Assembly (NCBI GenBank): GCA_001786195.1
Contig: MFVS01000008.1
Coordinates: forward strand, 21,057 to 85,056
Reading direction: 5' to 3'
Length of the DNA stretch: 64,000 nt
DNA from: Candidatus Nomurabacteria bacterium RIFCSPLOWO2_12_FULL_40_42
Lineage (GTDB): Bacteria > Patescibacteriota > Minisyncoccia > Phycocordibacterales > UBA9973
The position numbers were made by a program, and so were the translations under genes. Shown here piece after piece: positions 26,639 to 37,112 of this stretch. Below the pieces are notes generated by a model, which saw only the letters and a program-made list of their open reading frames with translations, ran no database searches and was not told the DNA's origin. Numbering within the stretch: position 1 is the stretch's first letter; each line of letters begins with the position of its first letter.

Positions 26639-27184
26639 ATGAAACAGCAATCTTCTATCACGGAAACACCAGAGATTTACTTGAGGCTTGAACAATATAG
26701 CGACATTTTTTCCGACTTTGATATACGTCCATATAGAGAACGCGCGCTTTCAATTGATTTCCTTGATGAGATTAAACGGGCGGCGAGTGATAAAGATGGA
26801 AGTGGAATAGAGCTTATGTTGCACATTCCGGAAAAAGATCGCAATGAGGCTGAAGAGGAAGTAATTAAGGAACGCCTAACAACACACTTTAAAAGGCATT
26901 ATCATTTACTCTCGAAAGAAAAAAGACGAGTTATGAAACTTGGTTTAACTATGGTATTTCTAGGTATTATTTCTATGATAGCGGCTACATTGATTATTTT
27001 TAAAGATCCTGCAGACGATTTATTCTTGTCATTTTTGGTTGTTTTCTTAGAGCCGGCAGCGTGGTTTTTGCTCTGGGAAGGGATGGATCAAATAGTGTTT
27101 AACTCGAAGAACATAAACCCAGATTTCAATTTTTATCGCAAGATGTCCAACTCCCGGGGACAAATCCATTTTAAATCGTATTAA
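26639..27184 (+). CDS. hypothetical membrane protein
   Basis: Start moved to ATG 26639 (MKQQSS...) because the track start at 26525 overlaps the convergent upstream gene. Two TM helices near the C-terminus. Confidence 0.45.
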   Translation: MKQQSSITETPEIYLRLEQYSDIFSDFDIRPYRERALSIDFLDEIKRAASDKDGSGIELMLHIPEKDRNEAEEEVIKERLTTHFKRHYHLLSKEKRRVMKLGLTMVFLGIISMIAATLIIFKDPADDLFLSFLVVFLEPAAWFLLWEGMDQIVFNSKNINPDFNFYRKMSNSRGQIHFKSY

Positions 27185-27993
27185 ATTTCAACCAATACTG
27201 GGCAGTGGTCGGAGCCGAGAACTTCGGACAGGATCTCTGCTTTTTTTACTTTTTTCGCCAGTCCGGCGCTCACAAAAATGTAATCAATTCTCCAGCCAAT
27301 GTTTCGCGCTCGGGCATTGGCGAAATGGCTCCACCAAGTGTAATGTCCCGGACCTTTAGTGAAAATTCGAAAAGTGTCCACAAAACCAGCATCAATCATT
27401 TGTTGGATGCCCTCGCGTTCTTCTTTGGTAAACCCTTTTAGTCCTTCATTTTCTTTCGGTCGTGCCAGATCGTCTGGCGTATGGGCCACATTTAGGTCTC
27501 CACAGAAGATAACGGGCTTTCCTGCCCTGAGCGAAGTCGAAGGGTTTTCTAATTCCTTTACATAGGCAAGAAAGGCGGGGTCCCATTGCTTGTGGCGCAA
27601 AGGGATACGGCTCAAATCATCTTTGGCATTGGGTGTGTAGACGGTAACAACATAAAAATCTTTAAATTCGGCAGTAATGACCCGGCCTTCAGTCCTAGGA
27701 TCACCATAAGTATCAGCTACAAGACCAAATTTTTCCGAGATTTTCTCTGGCAAACCAAGAACAATAGAAAGCGGTTTTGTTTTGGTAAAAATGGCAGTGC
27801 CGGAATATCCTTTTTTGACGGCGGAGTTCCAATATTCTTCGTAATCCGGTAAATCGATAGGTGACTGGTGTTGTTCGGCCTTGGTTTCCGGCAGACACAA
27901 AATATCCGGCTGATATTTTTCGACAAACGGCACAAAAAGTCCCTTTTTATGCACTGCCCGTATGCCGTTTACATTCCAACTGATGATTTTCAT
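27181..27993 (-). CDS. xth: exodeoxyribonuclease III
   Basis: MKIISWNVNGIRAVHKKG...LCLPETK...WWSHFANARARNIGWRIDYIFVS...SDHCPV are Xth/APE1 family signatures. Confidence 0.9.
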   Translation of the reverse strand: MKIISWNVNGIRAVHKKGLFVPFVEKYQPDILCLPETKAEQHQSPIDLPDYEEYWNSAVKKGYSGTAIFTKTKPLSIVLGLPEKISEKFGLVADTYGDPRTEGRVITAEFKDFYVVTVYTPNAKDDLSRIPLRHKQWDPAFLAYVKELENPSTSLRAGKPVIFCGDLNVAHTPDDLARPKENEGLKGFTKEEREGIQQMIDAGFVDTFRIFTKGPGHYTWWSHFANARARNIGWRIDYIFVSAGLAKKVKKAEILSEVLGSDHCPVLVEI

Positions 27994-28002
27994 CCGATTA
28001 TT

Positions 28003-28653
28003 TTATTTAGGTTTCTGAAAAAGCGATTCCAATAAGCCTAATTCCACTGGTTTTTTTATGAATTCAATTTCTTGCGAAATTAATGTTAATTTTTTATCAA
28101 AAATCTGCGCCATTTCTTTGTCCTCAAAAAAATGATAGTGAATACCGTGTTTTTCTAGTTCGCCATCCGGTGAAGCTATCGGGGAGAAATTTATAAAATT
28201 TATTGTTTTGCGCGAGAAGGACATATTCAAATAAAATCCTCCGGGCTTTAGCACTCGTCTAATTTCGTCAGCATATTTCGGCCAGTCTTTCTTGTGCAGA
28301 CTCTCCATCAGCCCAAAAGCGCAGACGCCATCGAAGCTGTTGTCCACAAAAGGTAACTTCAAAGCGTCGGCGGTGACAAATTTCAATTTACCCTCCAGCC
28401 CCCAATGTTTTATTTCTCCGTTGACCTTGGACACGATCTGGTCTTCAAAATCAATGCCGATCACCTTGAAGCCCATGTCGGCTAATTGTTTGGCAAAAAG
28501 GCCGCGGCCGCTCCCGACATCCAAGATCGAAGCCCCGGCTGGAAGTTTTTTTATGAGTTTGGTTCCCCGGAGCGGTATGGTTAAAGGCGTCCAGATATCG
28601 GTGCCAGTTGCATAAGCTTTATTAAAATGATCTTTGTGTGCGTGATAATCCAT
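28003..28653 (-). CDS. class I SAM-dependent methyltransferase
   Basis: ILDVGSGRGLFAKQLADMGFKVIGIDFE (motif I). Start taken at in-frame ATG 28651-28653 (MDYHAHKDHF), which sits inside the conserved 15-mer shared with the PrgI gene start. Confidence 0.7.
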   Translation of the reverse strand: MDYHAHKDHFNKAYATGTDIWTPLTIPLRGTKLIKKLPAGASILDVGSGRGLFAKQLADMGFKVIGIDFEDQIVSKVNGEIKHWGLEGKLKFVTADALKLPFVDNSFDGVCAFGLMESLHKKDWPKYADEIRRVLKPGGFYLNMSFSRKTINFINFSPIASPDGELEKHGIHYHFFEDKEMAQIFDKKLTLISQEIEFIKKPVELGLLESLFQKPK

Positions 28654-28848
28654 CCCGTACGAAATTTCATTAAATTGATAAATTGACCCATCCCTTATAC
28701 GAAACTTTTTTAGCAAGATTTCGTACGGGATCCATGGGTGAATTATAACACTGCTTTGTTTTTTAGACTATACGGGAACCAAAGTTTATATCAACCGCTC
28801 ACATTGGAAACCAATCCATCAAGGAGCGGTTTTCATTTTGTGTTATGA

Positions 28849-29139
28849 TTGGGGTATATGACAAAATATTTAACAAGCATTAATTTATCTATTACCAGTC
28901 TTGGAATTGCAGTTTTGTATTATATTTCAAATTTTTTTCTTATTATACCGATAGCATCGATACAATTCGTTGACGATATGTTGGCTATAATTGAATCTGT
29001 TATAGTTATTTACGCACTGATTTTAGCTATTAAAGAAAAGAACAAACCAGCCATTACTTTGGCAGTTCTTTTGTTGATTATGTTTTTGAAACCTTTTACT
29101 TGGGCTATTGCAGCAAAGATATATTGGTACATTCAGTAG
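28849..29139 (+). CDS. small hypothetical membrane protein
   Basis: 96 aa with three hydrophobic helices. No recognised family. Confidence 0.35.
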   Translation: MGYMTKYLTSINLSITSLGIAVLYYISNFFLIIPIASIQFVDDMLAIIESVIVIYALILAIKEKNKPAITLAVLLLIMFLKPFTWAIAAKIYWYIQ

Positions 29140-29146
29140 GTATTTT

Positions 29147-31345
29147 TTATATTAATTTTTTATTATGAAACTTCTTGTGTATATCTCGCAGATGTTTGTC
29201 GGTCACATGGGTGTAGATCTGGGTGGTGCCGATGTTGGCATGGCCGAGCATGGCTTGGACAGAACGGATATCAGCACCGTTGCTTAACAAGTCGGTCGCG
29301 AAGCAATTATGAGAGATAAAGCCATCAGTAATTAAGTTTTCGTATTTATCCACGGCAAAATCATAGACCAATCCTTTATATTTTTGTTTATTAATTTTAT
29401 TAACCCGTAGCCACTGTATATTATTACTTTCAATAAGATTTTCTAAAAAATTTAACCTCTTATCTTTACAATGCGCACCTCGTAAGTATTTTATAATCTT
29501 TTTAAGCACCTCTTTTGTGGGGATAATAGAGGTAGTAGTTCCAACATATCGATATATGTCAATCCCTTCTTCTATTTTAAGATATCGAGCAAAATTATGC
29601 CATTTATTATCAAGTGAATGATAGATGTCTCGCAATATTTCTCTAACTGGAATTTTTTCTCCTTCAAATATATCGTTTGGCGTTGTTTTTTTTAAAGTTG
29701 GAATAATTTTCTTAAATAATTCTTGGTCTGGTTTGTGCAATATCTGTAAATTATACATAACATGATCAATTAATTTTCCACCAGGCAATCTGACTCTTCT
29801 TGATCTAGTGTACAGATGAGAGTCAATGCCAAGAGTAAGTAGCAACATTTGTATATCTTTGAGAAGCATTTTGCTGGTGGAGAAAAATTTTACTGATGAA
29901 CCCTCATTTCCTTCAGCATCATAATAGCCGGCTATAAAATGCGCGATCGTCGCTTTATTTTGGGAAAAAAGAGACTTCGGGACCCTTCGGAATGGCGATT
30001 TTTCTGTAATACCAATTTTTCTTAAGTATGCTATAAATGATTTTGAATAAAAATTTAAAAGATAACTATTCACACTGTTTTTTTTTATTATTGTTGGCTG
30101 ATGTTTGTATTCAGATACTATTATGTTTTTATAATGATTAACGAAAGACAGATTTTTATCCGCGATAATTACACCCCTCCTTTTTTCACTAATAGTTCCA
30201 TCTCCTAAAATATATCCAATAAGACGCCACTTATCTTTACTTTCTGATTTATTGGAACTATCCATTCTTGCTTTTCTTATGCCAGCCACGAATTGTCCAA
30301 TCTTTAGATTTTTTGCGAAAACTTCCTCGACTCCATTTATCCCAATAGTAAAAAATAGGTGATCCTTTGTGGTTGAGATTGTATATCCATTGGCTGAAAT
30401 ATTGATCAAGTCAACAAATCGATGATTAGTTTTTTGAATAATTTTGGATTTTATAGTTTTACCTTTTTTAAAGTCTACCGCGGTGATGTTTTTTGAGGAT
30501 GATTCGAACAGTTCCTTGGCTGACATTATTGTGTGTGGTAAGAAGATTAATGTGTCTGGATGAAGACAATGCCTTATCACGTGCGGAGTTACTTTTTTCG
30601 AAATACCGGCGATGGTGGCGTATCTTTTGACAATTCTTTCTATTGACCGGCGAGTCAGACCTTCATCGGTCGGTTTCTTTGAAATTTCATCAGCGATTTT
30701 TACAAACAGAGCGTCGGACATATCCTTGCGCAGGGCGAGGTAAGCTTTGACCGCAGCCTTGGCTTCATCGGAGAGGAAAACTACCCGCACTTTACCTCCT
30801 TTGCCGCGAATGGGAAATTCATCTAAACGCAAATCTAGATCATTGGTAAGCGAACAGAGTTCGGAAACCCGCAGACCGGTGGAAAAAAGCATCTCCATGA
30901 TGGCTTTATCCCGAGCTTTCCTTTCCGGATTCTTTTCTTTGTTGGGAGCATCCAAAAGCCGTTTCAATTCTTCCTGCGAAATGACATCAATTTGTCTTTC
31001 ACCGACTTTCGCTAGTTCGATTTGATCGGCAGGTAGGGAAGTGATATTTCTTTTTGCCAGAAATTTAAGAAAACTTCGCAGGGCGATCATGTAATAATTT
31101 TGAGTTTTCTTTTTTATGGTCTCTCCGGTTGCGCGATTGTTTCCGGTTGTCTGACGATTAAGCCAAATGCGAAAATCTCGGACTTTTGCATCTGTGATTT
31201 CGCTGGGGTCAGTAACTTTTGTTTGTTCGAGAAAGACGGTTAAGTAATGATCATAATTTTCTACAGTTCTAATGGCGCGACCTTTTTCGATCTCGACATA
31301 TTCCAAAAATTGAGTTTTGAGTTGTTTGAGGGAGGCCATAAACAT
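29147..31345 (-). CDS. XerC/XerD-family tyrosine recombinase interrupted by an intein
   Basis: N-terminal SAM-like domain. Catalytic LRVSEL...HVIRH|[intein]|[34 protein letters not shown]. Extein residues R, HxxRH and Y are all present once the intein is removed. Confidence 0.8.
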   Translation of the reverse strand: MFMASLKQLKTQFLEYVEIEKGRAIRTVENYDHYLTVFLEQTKVTDPSEITDAKVRDFRIWLNRQTTGNNRATGETIKKKTQNYYMIALRSFLKFLAKRNITSLPADQIELAKVGERQIDVISQEELKRLLDAPNKEKNPERKARDKAIMEMLFSTGLRVSELCSLTNDLDLRLDEFPIRGKGGKVRVVFLSDEAKAAVKAYLALRKDMSDALFVKIADEISKKPTDEGLTRRSIERIVKRYATIAGISKKVTPHVIRHCLHPDTLIFLPHTIMSAKELFESSSKNITAVDFKKGKTIKSKIIQKTNHRFVDLINISANGYTISTTKDHLFFTIGINGVEEVFAKNLKIGQFVAGIRKARMDSSNKSESKDKWRLIGYILGDGTISEKRRGVIIADKNLSFVNHYKNIIVSEYKHQPTIIKKNSVNSYLLNFYSKSFIAYLRKIGITEKSPFRRVPKSLFSQNKATIAHFIAGYYDAEGNEGSSVKFFSTSKMLLKDIQMLLLTLGIDSHLYTRSRRVRLPGGKLIDHVMYNLQILHKPDQELFKKIIPTLKKTTPNDIFEGEKIPVREILRDIYHSLDNKWHNFARYLKIEEGIDIYRYVGTTTSIIPTKEVLKKIIKYLRGAHCKDKRLNFLENLIESNNIQWLRVNKINKQKYKGLVYDFAVDKYENLITDGFISHNCFATDLLSNGADIRSVQAMLGHANIGTTQIYTHVTDKHLRDIHKKFHNKKLI
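29306..30568 (-). mobile_element. intein (421 aa) with LAGLIDADG homing-endonuclease domain inside the recombinase gene
   Basis: Begins CLHPDTLIF immediately after HVIRH. Ends ...FISHN followed by the +1 Cys of CFATDLL. Internal LAGLIDADG-like motifs [11 protein letters not shown] and [10 protein letters not shown]. Inserted exactly at the conserved HxxRH-S/C site. Confidence 0.75.
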
Positions 31346-31432
31346 ATTTTAACACAATACTTGCCCCGCCATGGCGGGGTTAATGCGACACGGCTGGGCC
31401 TGTCCCGTACCAAGCTACGCTTTGGTTCGGGA

Positions 31433-31461
31433 TTGCAATTTGGCCCACTTTATGCTAATAT
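31433..31461 (+). promoter_or_regulatory. sigma70-like promoter for rpsO
   Basis: TTGCAA, 17-nt spacer, TAATAT. AAGGA Shine-Dalgarno 6 nt upstream of ATG 31468. Confidence 0.5.
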
Positions 31462-31467
31462 CAAGGA

Positions 31468-31731
31468 ATGTTAGCAACCAAGAAAAAGCAAGGAATTATC
31501 AAGAAAAATCAGATTCACGACAAGGATACTGGTTCCCCAGAGGTGCAAGTGGCCGTGATTTCTGCGGCGATTGATGAGCTGGCGAAACATTTAAAGAAGC
31601 ACAAAAAGGATAATCATTCTCGCCGAGGGCTTATCAAGATGGTGGCCGATCGACGCACTCATTTGAAATATTTAGAGCGCACCAGCAAAACTCGTTACAA
31701 CGCCCTCATGAAGAAAATCGAATTGGTTTAG
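31468..31731 (+). CDS. rpsO: 30S ribosomal protein S15
   Basis: DTGSPEVQVAVISAAIDELAKHLKKHKKDNHSRRGLIKMVADRRTHLKYL is a near-consensus S15. Confidence 0.92.
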   Translation: MLATKKKQGIIKKNQIHDKDTGSPEVQVAVISAAIDELAKHLKKHKKDNHSRRGLIKMVADRRTHLKYLERTSKTRYNALMKKIELV

Positions 31732-31775
31732 ATATTAAAATTCTTTCTTGGCATACTTTTTATAAAGCAATCTAT

Positions 31776-31793
31776 CTGGCGGTGCTCCGCCAG
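31776..31793 (+). terminator. hairpin downstream of rpsO (possible terminator)
   Basis: CTGGCGG-TGCT-CCGCCAG, a 7-bp perfect stem, 45 nt after the rpsO stop. It is not followed by a U-tract, hence low confidence. Confidence 0.3.
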
Positions 31794-31876
31794 CGAACTG
31801 CTCGGCTCGTCAGCCTGCGCAAGGCTTTCTAAAAAGTACGCCTGCAACGAATTTTAATATCTGCTATAATAAACAC

Positions 31877-32389
31877 ATGACAGTCATAAAACATAAAGAG
31901 CAAAGAGTTGGAGTTTTTATTGATACCCAAAATCTATATCACAGCGCTCGGAATTTATATAAGGCGCGAGTAAATTTCGGCACGGTTTTGAAAGACGCGG
32001 TGGCGGGGCGAAAGCTAGTGCGGGCGGTGGCGTATGTTATCACCACCGAAGCCGGCGACGAGAAGAATTTCTTTGAGGCCTTGACCAAGCTCGGCATCGA
32101 AACTAAAACAAAAGATTTGCAAATTTTTGCCGGTGGAGCAAAAAAAGCGGATTGGGATGTCGGGCTCGCAGTGGATGTTATGAAAATGGCGAGCAAGCTG
32201 GATGCGGTGATAATAGTATCCGGAGATGGAGATTTTATTCCTCTGGTGCAGTATTTACAAAGTTATTTGGGGGTACAAGTGGAAGTCGTTTCTTTCGGGC
32301 AGTCAACTTCCGGCAAGTTGCGCGAGGTGGTAGATGATTTTGTGGATCTCTCCGAAAATCCGAGAAAATATTTGATGGGGGTTAAATAG
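31877..32389 (+). CDS. NYN/LabA-like domain protein
   Basis: VGVFIDTQNLYHSA...AVIIVSGDGDFIPLVQYLQSYLGVQVEVVSF is the NYN (LabA/limkain) nuclease-fold signature. Confidence 0.7.
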   Translation: MTVIKHKEQRVGVFIDTQNLYHSARNLYKARVNFGTVLKDAVAGRKLVRAVAYVITTEAGDEKNFFEALTKLGIETKTKDLQIFAGGAKKADWDVGLAVDVMKMASKLDAVIIVSGDGDFIPLVQYLQSYLGVQVEVVSFGQSTSGKLREVVDDFVDLSENPRKYLMGVK

Positions 32390-32508
32390 TGAATAATAAA
32401 AAATGAAAAAAGACCTTTTGAGATATATTTGGGAAGCAAAATATTCAAAAGATGTGCTGATATTGCAAGAATTAGGGAATTGCATTGGTTTTTTGTTATA
32501 ATATATAA

Positions 32509-34284
32509 ATGCAAATCGATGAAGAGCAGTTCAAGAAATTTATTTTAGAAGGAGGACTGGTTTCCAAAAAAGATCTGGACTCGGCCATCAAGGTGGCCGA
32601 GGCAAAGAAGCAAAAGATTGGAAACATTTTACTAAGTGAAGGAAAAATATCAGAAACAGATTTGAAACGAACGGAGGCTTTTGTTTTAGGGATTCCTTTT
32701 GTCAGTTTACTTAATCAGAAGATTGATTTTTCAGTGCTCTCTCTCATTCCGGAGCCGATCGCCCGCAATGACAACATTGTGGCTTACACCAAAAGCGAGC
32801 ACGGGCTTGAAGTGGCCATGCTTGACGTCGATGATTTGCCGGTGATTGATTTCATCAAGAAGCGCTCCGGGCTGAAAATTTTGCCTCGACTCACCGATAG
32901 CGCTTCGATCAAGGCGGTCTTGATGCAATATCGGCAAAGTTTGACTTTCGAATTCCAGAACATTATCCAAAAAGAATCGAATACCATCGGTAAGGCGGCG
33001 AGTGAAGAGGACCAGCCGCAGGCAGGCGAAAAGGTAGCCGAAAAGTCCGAGAAAGAACTGAAAGAAATGGCGGAAGATTTGCCGGTGGTCAAGATCGTGG
33101 ATTCCCTGATTGTTCACGCGATTTTGCAAAATGCCTCGGATATTCATATCGAGCCGGGGGAGCGGGAGCTTACGGTGCGTTACAGGATCGACGGTATTTT
33201 ACACGATGCCATGGTCTTGGACAAAAATGCCGGCGCGGGAATCACGGCGCGCATCAAAGTGCTTTCGAACTTGAAGCTAGATGAAAAAAGACTGCCGCAG
33301 GACGGTCGATTTAAAAAAGAACAAGATGGAGAGAAAATTTCCTTCCGTGTTTCCACCTTGCCTACCTTTTTCGGAGAAAAAACCGTGATGAGAATTCTGA
33401 AAGAAAATGCGCATGGGTTTTCGCTGGAGACTCTCGGCTTTCATGGCGAAGCTTTGGAGCGAATTCACAATTCCCTCAAACAAAAAACGGGGATGGTGCT
33501 AGCCACTGGGCCGACCGGAAGCGGAAAGACCACGACGCTTTACACCATGCTAGATATTTTGAACAAGCCGGAGGTGAATATTTCAACCGTCGAAGATCCG
33601 ATTGAGTATCAGATGCCGCGGGTCAACCAAACCCAGGTCAAGCCGGAAATCGGATTATCTTTTGCCAATGGGCTTCGTTCGCTTCTGCGCCAAGACCCGG
33701 ACATCATCATGGTGGGCGAGATCCGCGACGGCGAGACGGCGGGGCTTGCGGTCAATGCTTCCCTTACCGGACACTTGGTGCTCTCAACTATTCACACCAA
33801 TTCCGCCGCAGGAGCTATTCCGCGATTGATAGACATGGGCGTGGAGCCTTTCCTCATTACGGCGACGGTCAAAACAATTATCGCCCAGAGATTGGTGCGC
33901 CGGCTTACACCAAATAAGGAAAAATATTTTTTGTCGCCGGCGGAAATAAAAAATTTGGCGAAAATTGTGGATTTGGACCGGATGCTTTCACTGTTCAAAG
34001 AAGAAAAATTAATCGGCACCAAAGACACCTGGGATAAAATTCCTTTTTATAAAGCAGTCAAGTCGAGCGAGTTTGAAGACGGATATTCCAATCGTATCGG
34101 CATGCATGAAGTGCTCTATGTCAACTCGGCTATCAAGGAGATGATCCTCGCGGGCAAGTCCCAAGACGACATCGAGATCCAGGCCAAGAAAGACGGAATG
34201 ATGACGATGCTCGAAGACGGAGTGTATCAGGCGGTCTTGGGCGTGACGACTCTCGAAGAAGTGTTCCGAGTGGTTTCGGAGTAA
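32509..34284 (+). CDS. pilB: type IV pilus assembly ATPase PilB / GspE family
   Basis: N-terminal GSPII_E_N-like domain. Walker A LATGPTGSGKTTTLYTML, Asp box, His box TIHTNSAAGAIPRL. Confidence 0.9.
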   Translation: MQIDEEQFKKFILEGGLVSKKDLDSAIKVAEAKKQKIGNILLSEGKISETDLKRTEAFVLGIPFVSLLNQKIDFSVLSLIPEPIARNDNIVAYTKSEHGLEVAMLDVDDLPVIDFIKKRSGLKILPRLTDSASIKAVLMQYRQSLTFEFQNIIQKESNTIGKAASEEDQPQAGEKVAEKSEKELKEMAEDLPVVKIVDSLIVHAILQNASDIHIEPGERELTVRYRIDGILHDAMVLDKNAGAGITARIKVLSNLKLDEKRLPQDGRFKKEQDGEKISFRVSTLPTFFGEKTVMRILKENAHGFSLETLGFHGEALERIHNSLKQKTGMVLATGPTGSGKTTTLYTMLDILNKPEVNISTVEDPIEYQMPRVNQTQVKPEIGLSFANGLRSLLRQDPDIIMVGEIRDGETAGLAVNASLTGHLVLSTIHTNSAAGAIPRLIDMGVEPFLITATVKTIIAQRLVRRLTPNKEKYFLSPAEIKNLAKIVDLDRMLSLFKEEKLIGTKDTWDKIPFYKAVKSSEFEDGYSNRIGMHEVLYVNSAIKEMILAGKSQDDIEIQAKKDGMMTMLEDGVYQAVLGVTTLEEVFRVVSE

Positions 34285-34291
34285 AAATAAT

Positions 34292-35509
34292 ATGCTTTTT
34301 TTATATAAGGCAAAATCTAAAACGGGGGAAATTTTTGAAAGCGCGATGGACGCTCCCGACCGTTATTCGCTGGCGAAAGAGATAAAATCTCACGGAGATT
34401 TTCCTCTGTCTATTGCGGAGAAAAATCAATTTTTTACGGATTTAAAATCTCTCTTTCAGAATTTTTTTACGAAAGTCAGCGTCAATGAACAGATTATTTT
34501 TACTAAAAATCTAAGCGGAATGCTCAAGGCCGGGCTATCTTTGTATCGGGCTCTGTCGGTTTTGAAAAAGCAGACCCAAAATTCTAAATTGAATTCTATT
34601 TTAACTTCTCTGTCTGAAGAAATAAATTCAGGCGGGACACTTTCGGAAGGGCTGGGTAAATTCCCAAATGTTTTTTCCAAACTTTTTGTATCAATAGTAA
34701 AGGCAGGCGAGGAGTCCGGTAATCTCGCGGGAGCGCTTTCGGATCTCGGGATAAATTTAGAGAAAGCCCATTCGCTGACCAAGAAAATACGCGGCGCCCT
34801 TATTTATCCGGGCATCATTCTCTCGGCCATGGTGGTTATTGGGGTTTTAATGTTTGCCTTTGTGGTGCCGACTTTGGCCGGAACTTTTAAAGAGCTCGGT
34901 GTGACCTTGCCGCTTTCCACCCGCATTCTGATTTTTGCCGGTAATTTTTTCTCGAATCACTTGATTTTGACCTTTGTGATTATTATTGGAACAGCCTTTG
35001 GCTTGTTCTCGCTTTTTCGCGCTAAATTTGCTGCAAAGTATATTGATTACATTCTTATCCGCATTCCAGTCATCGGAATTTTAGCCAAAGAATTGAATAC
35101 CGCCCGCACTGCCCGCACCATGTCATCACTTCTCCTTGCGGGGGTTTCAATCATCCGCGCGGTGGAAATTACAACTGACGTGGTGCAAAATATTTATTAT
35201 AAAAAAGTCTTAGCGGACGCCACTATCTCAATCGAAAAAGGAGCTCCGTTTTCTAAAACTTTTGCCGACAACAATAAGCTTTACCCGGTAATGATGTCGG
35301 AGATGATCCAAGTCGGGGAAGAAACCGGAAAATTGTCGGATATGCTGCTCGAGATCGCTTTGTTTTATGAAGGAGAAATTGAAAATAAAACTAAGAATCT
35401 TTCTACGATTATCGAGCCGGTTTTAATGGTTGTCATCGGCGCCGGAGTTGGATTTTTCGCGATTTCGATGATCTCGCCGCTTTATTCAATTTTGGGCAAT
35501 ATAGAATAG
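34292..35509 (+). CDS. pilC: type IV pilus inner-membrane platform protein PilC (GspF family)
   Basis: Two T2SSF repeats (...GLSLYRALSVL...; ...GAPFSKTFADNNKLYPVMMSEMIQVGEETGKL), 3 TM helices. Confidence 0.85.
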   Translation: MLFLYKAKSKTGEIFESAMDAPDRYSLAKEIKSHGDFPLSIAEKNQFFTDLKSLFQNFFTKVSVNEQIIFTKNLSGMLKAGLSLYRALSVLKKQTQNSKLNSILTSLSEEINSGGTLSEGLGKFPNVFSKLFVSIVKAGEESGNLAGALSDLGINLEKAHSLTKKIRGALIYPGIILSAMVVIGVLMFAFVVPTLAGTFKELGVTLPLSTRILIFAGNFFSNHLILTFVIIIGTAFGLFSLFRAKFAAKYIDYILIRIPVIGILAKELNTARTARTMSSLLLAGVSIIRAVEITTDVVQNIYYKKVLADATISIEKGAPFSKTFADNNKLYPVMMSEMIQVGEETGKLSDMLLEIALFYEGEIENKTKNLSTIIEPVLMVVIGAGVGFFAISMISPLYSILGNIE

Positions 35510-35558
35510 ATTACTTATTCCCGTCTTGTTTTTGAAGATATTTAGAATAAGTGATACA

Positions 35559-36350
35559 ATGTTTAATATGAATCCCTGGATCCAATTAAGTATTGATTAT
35601 GCAAACCAAAGAAGCTCCTTAGACGATCTTTTTAAGGTATACCCAACTATCCCCGATGGCATCCGCGAACTTGATGAAAAACTTTGGAAAAATATAGAAG
35701 GTTCATTTAAAAAAAAAGATAATGCGGAGTTAATAGAAAATCTAGTAAAATTAAATTTGTTTCCCATAAAAGATTCTTATGTTGCTTATTTAAAAAGAGA
35801 CAAAAAGGCTTCTGAAAGAAATCCGCAAACAATTGCTAGGCTTGTGGGACGATTATATGAGATGGGTTTAGACACAATATATGCTCGCTGTTCCGAACCA
35901 AAAGAAACAAACCGACAAATCGGTCCATTATTTATTTCGACGCTGGTTAAACAATTATTATTTACAGATATGAAACTTATCAATCTTATTATTGACATTC
36001 TGGAGAAATCTGAAGTTCCTTTAAAACAAGGTGAGATTCTTGCTTTGGCAGAAAAACATCCTGCTTACATGGATTGCATTGAATTGCAAAAAGTTCAGGT
36101 TCCTTTATCTGCTGTGGCAAGATGTTTGACAAAATACTCCGGTGGTAGTAAGCCAGTTTTTGGTGTTTATTTTGAAGGAAGAGATAAGAAAAGTCAAAAG
36201 CGTTTTTTCTTAAAAACAAAAGACATTCCTGAAGTAAAGAATATTCCAGAATCTAGCCTGCATCCGTACTTTTATAGGTTTGTTGAGACATCATCAAGTA
36301 TAATTTCTGACAAGAGGATTAAAAAGGAAAGTTTTGATCTAATTATATGA
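35559..36350 (+). CDS. hypothetical protein in pilus operon
   Basis: ORF following pilC. Start set at the internal Met MFNMNPW. No recognisable domain. Confidence 0.35.
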   Translation: MFNMNPWIQLSIDYANQRSSLDDLFKVYPTIPDGIRELDEKLWKNIEGSFKKKDNAELIENLVKLNLFPIKDSYVAYLKRDKKASERNPQTIARLVGRLYEMGLDTIYARCSEPKETNRQIGPLFISTLVKQLLFTDMKLINLIIDILEKSEVPLKQGEILALAEKHPAYMDCIELQKVQVPLSAVARCLTKYSGGSKPVFGVYFEGRDKKSQKRFFLKTKDIPEVKNIPESSLHPYFYRFVETSSSIISDKRIKKESFDLII

Positions 36351-36610
36351 CACTAACGACGAAAAATCTTTTAATACTAGAAAAAAAGATCAGTACGATG
36401 GATTATCGATTTATTCAAAAAAATAGACATCGATTATCTTATCACAATCCTTATTTTCTTGTTTGTATTAACGAGGTTATTTTTCGCTTAATAAGTAATA
36501 ATACAATCAAAGAAAAGAATCTGGATACGAGTGATATTTTAAATATTCTCAATAAAGATGCTGAAAAACTTTATCTTAATTCTAACATCTCCGAATGTTT
36601 AAAAATATGA
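36347..36610 (+). CDS. hypothetical protein
   Basis: 87 aa ORF overlapping the previous stop by 4 nt (ATGA). Confidence 0.3.
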   Translation: MTLTTKNLLILEKKISTMDYRFIQKNRHRLSYHNPYFLVCINEVIFRLISNNTIKEKNLDTSDILNILNKDAEKLYLNSNISECLKI

Positions 36611-36653
36611 AATCGCTAAAGAATACTGAAATTAATGTGAGTGTATAAAATTA

Positions 36654-37112
36654 ATGAAAAATTTTTACCAACGGGGGATCGGCATCATCGAAATATTGAT
36701 TGTTATCGCCGTGCTTGGCCTTCTAGTGGCGATTGTTGTGCCGCAATTTTCTAAAATGCGGGAAAATCAGGCGCTGAAAAACGCCGTCGGAGAGGTATTG
36801 TCCTCGATAGACAAAGCGCGATCCCAGACTCTTTCGTCATTAAATTCTTTTTCCTACGGAGTGCGTTTTGAGTCTGATAAAGTTATAATTTTCAAAAGCA
36901 CAGCTTTTAATCCTAACGCCACCGATAACGAAACTATAAACATCGTAGCGCCCGCGAGCATTTCAACTATTGCTCTTTCTGGCGGGGGTTCTGATATATA
37001 TTTCAACCGCCTTTCCGGAATTCCAAGTAAGACCGGTAATATAACCATTTCCACTCCAAATTATTTCAAAGTTATTAATATAAGCGCCACCGGTATAGCG
37101 AGTGTTAATTAA
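36654..37112 (+). CDS. type IV pilin (prepilin-type N-terminal cleavage/methylation domain)
   Basis: MKNFYQRG|IGIIEILIVIAVLGLLVAIVVP: cleavage after G, Glu at +5, hydrophobic helix. Confidence 0.7.
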   Translation: MKNFYQRGIGIIEILIVIAVLGLLVAIVVPQFSKMRENQALKNAVGEVLSSIDKARSQTLSSLNSFSYGVRFESDKVIIFKSTAFNPNATDNETINIVAPASISTIALSGGGSDIYFNRLSGIPSKTGNITISTPNYFKVINISATGIASVN

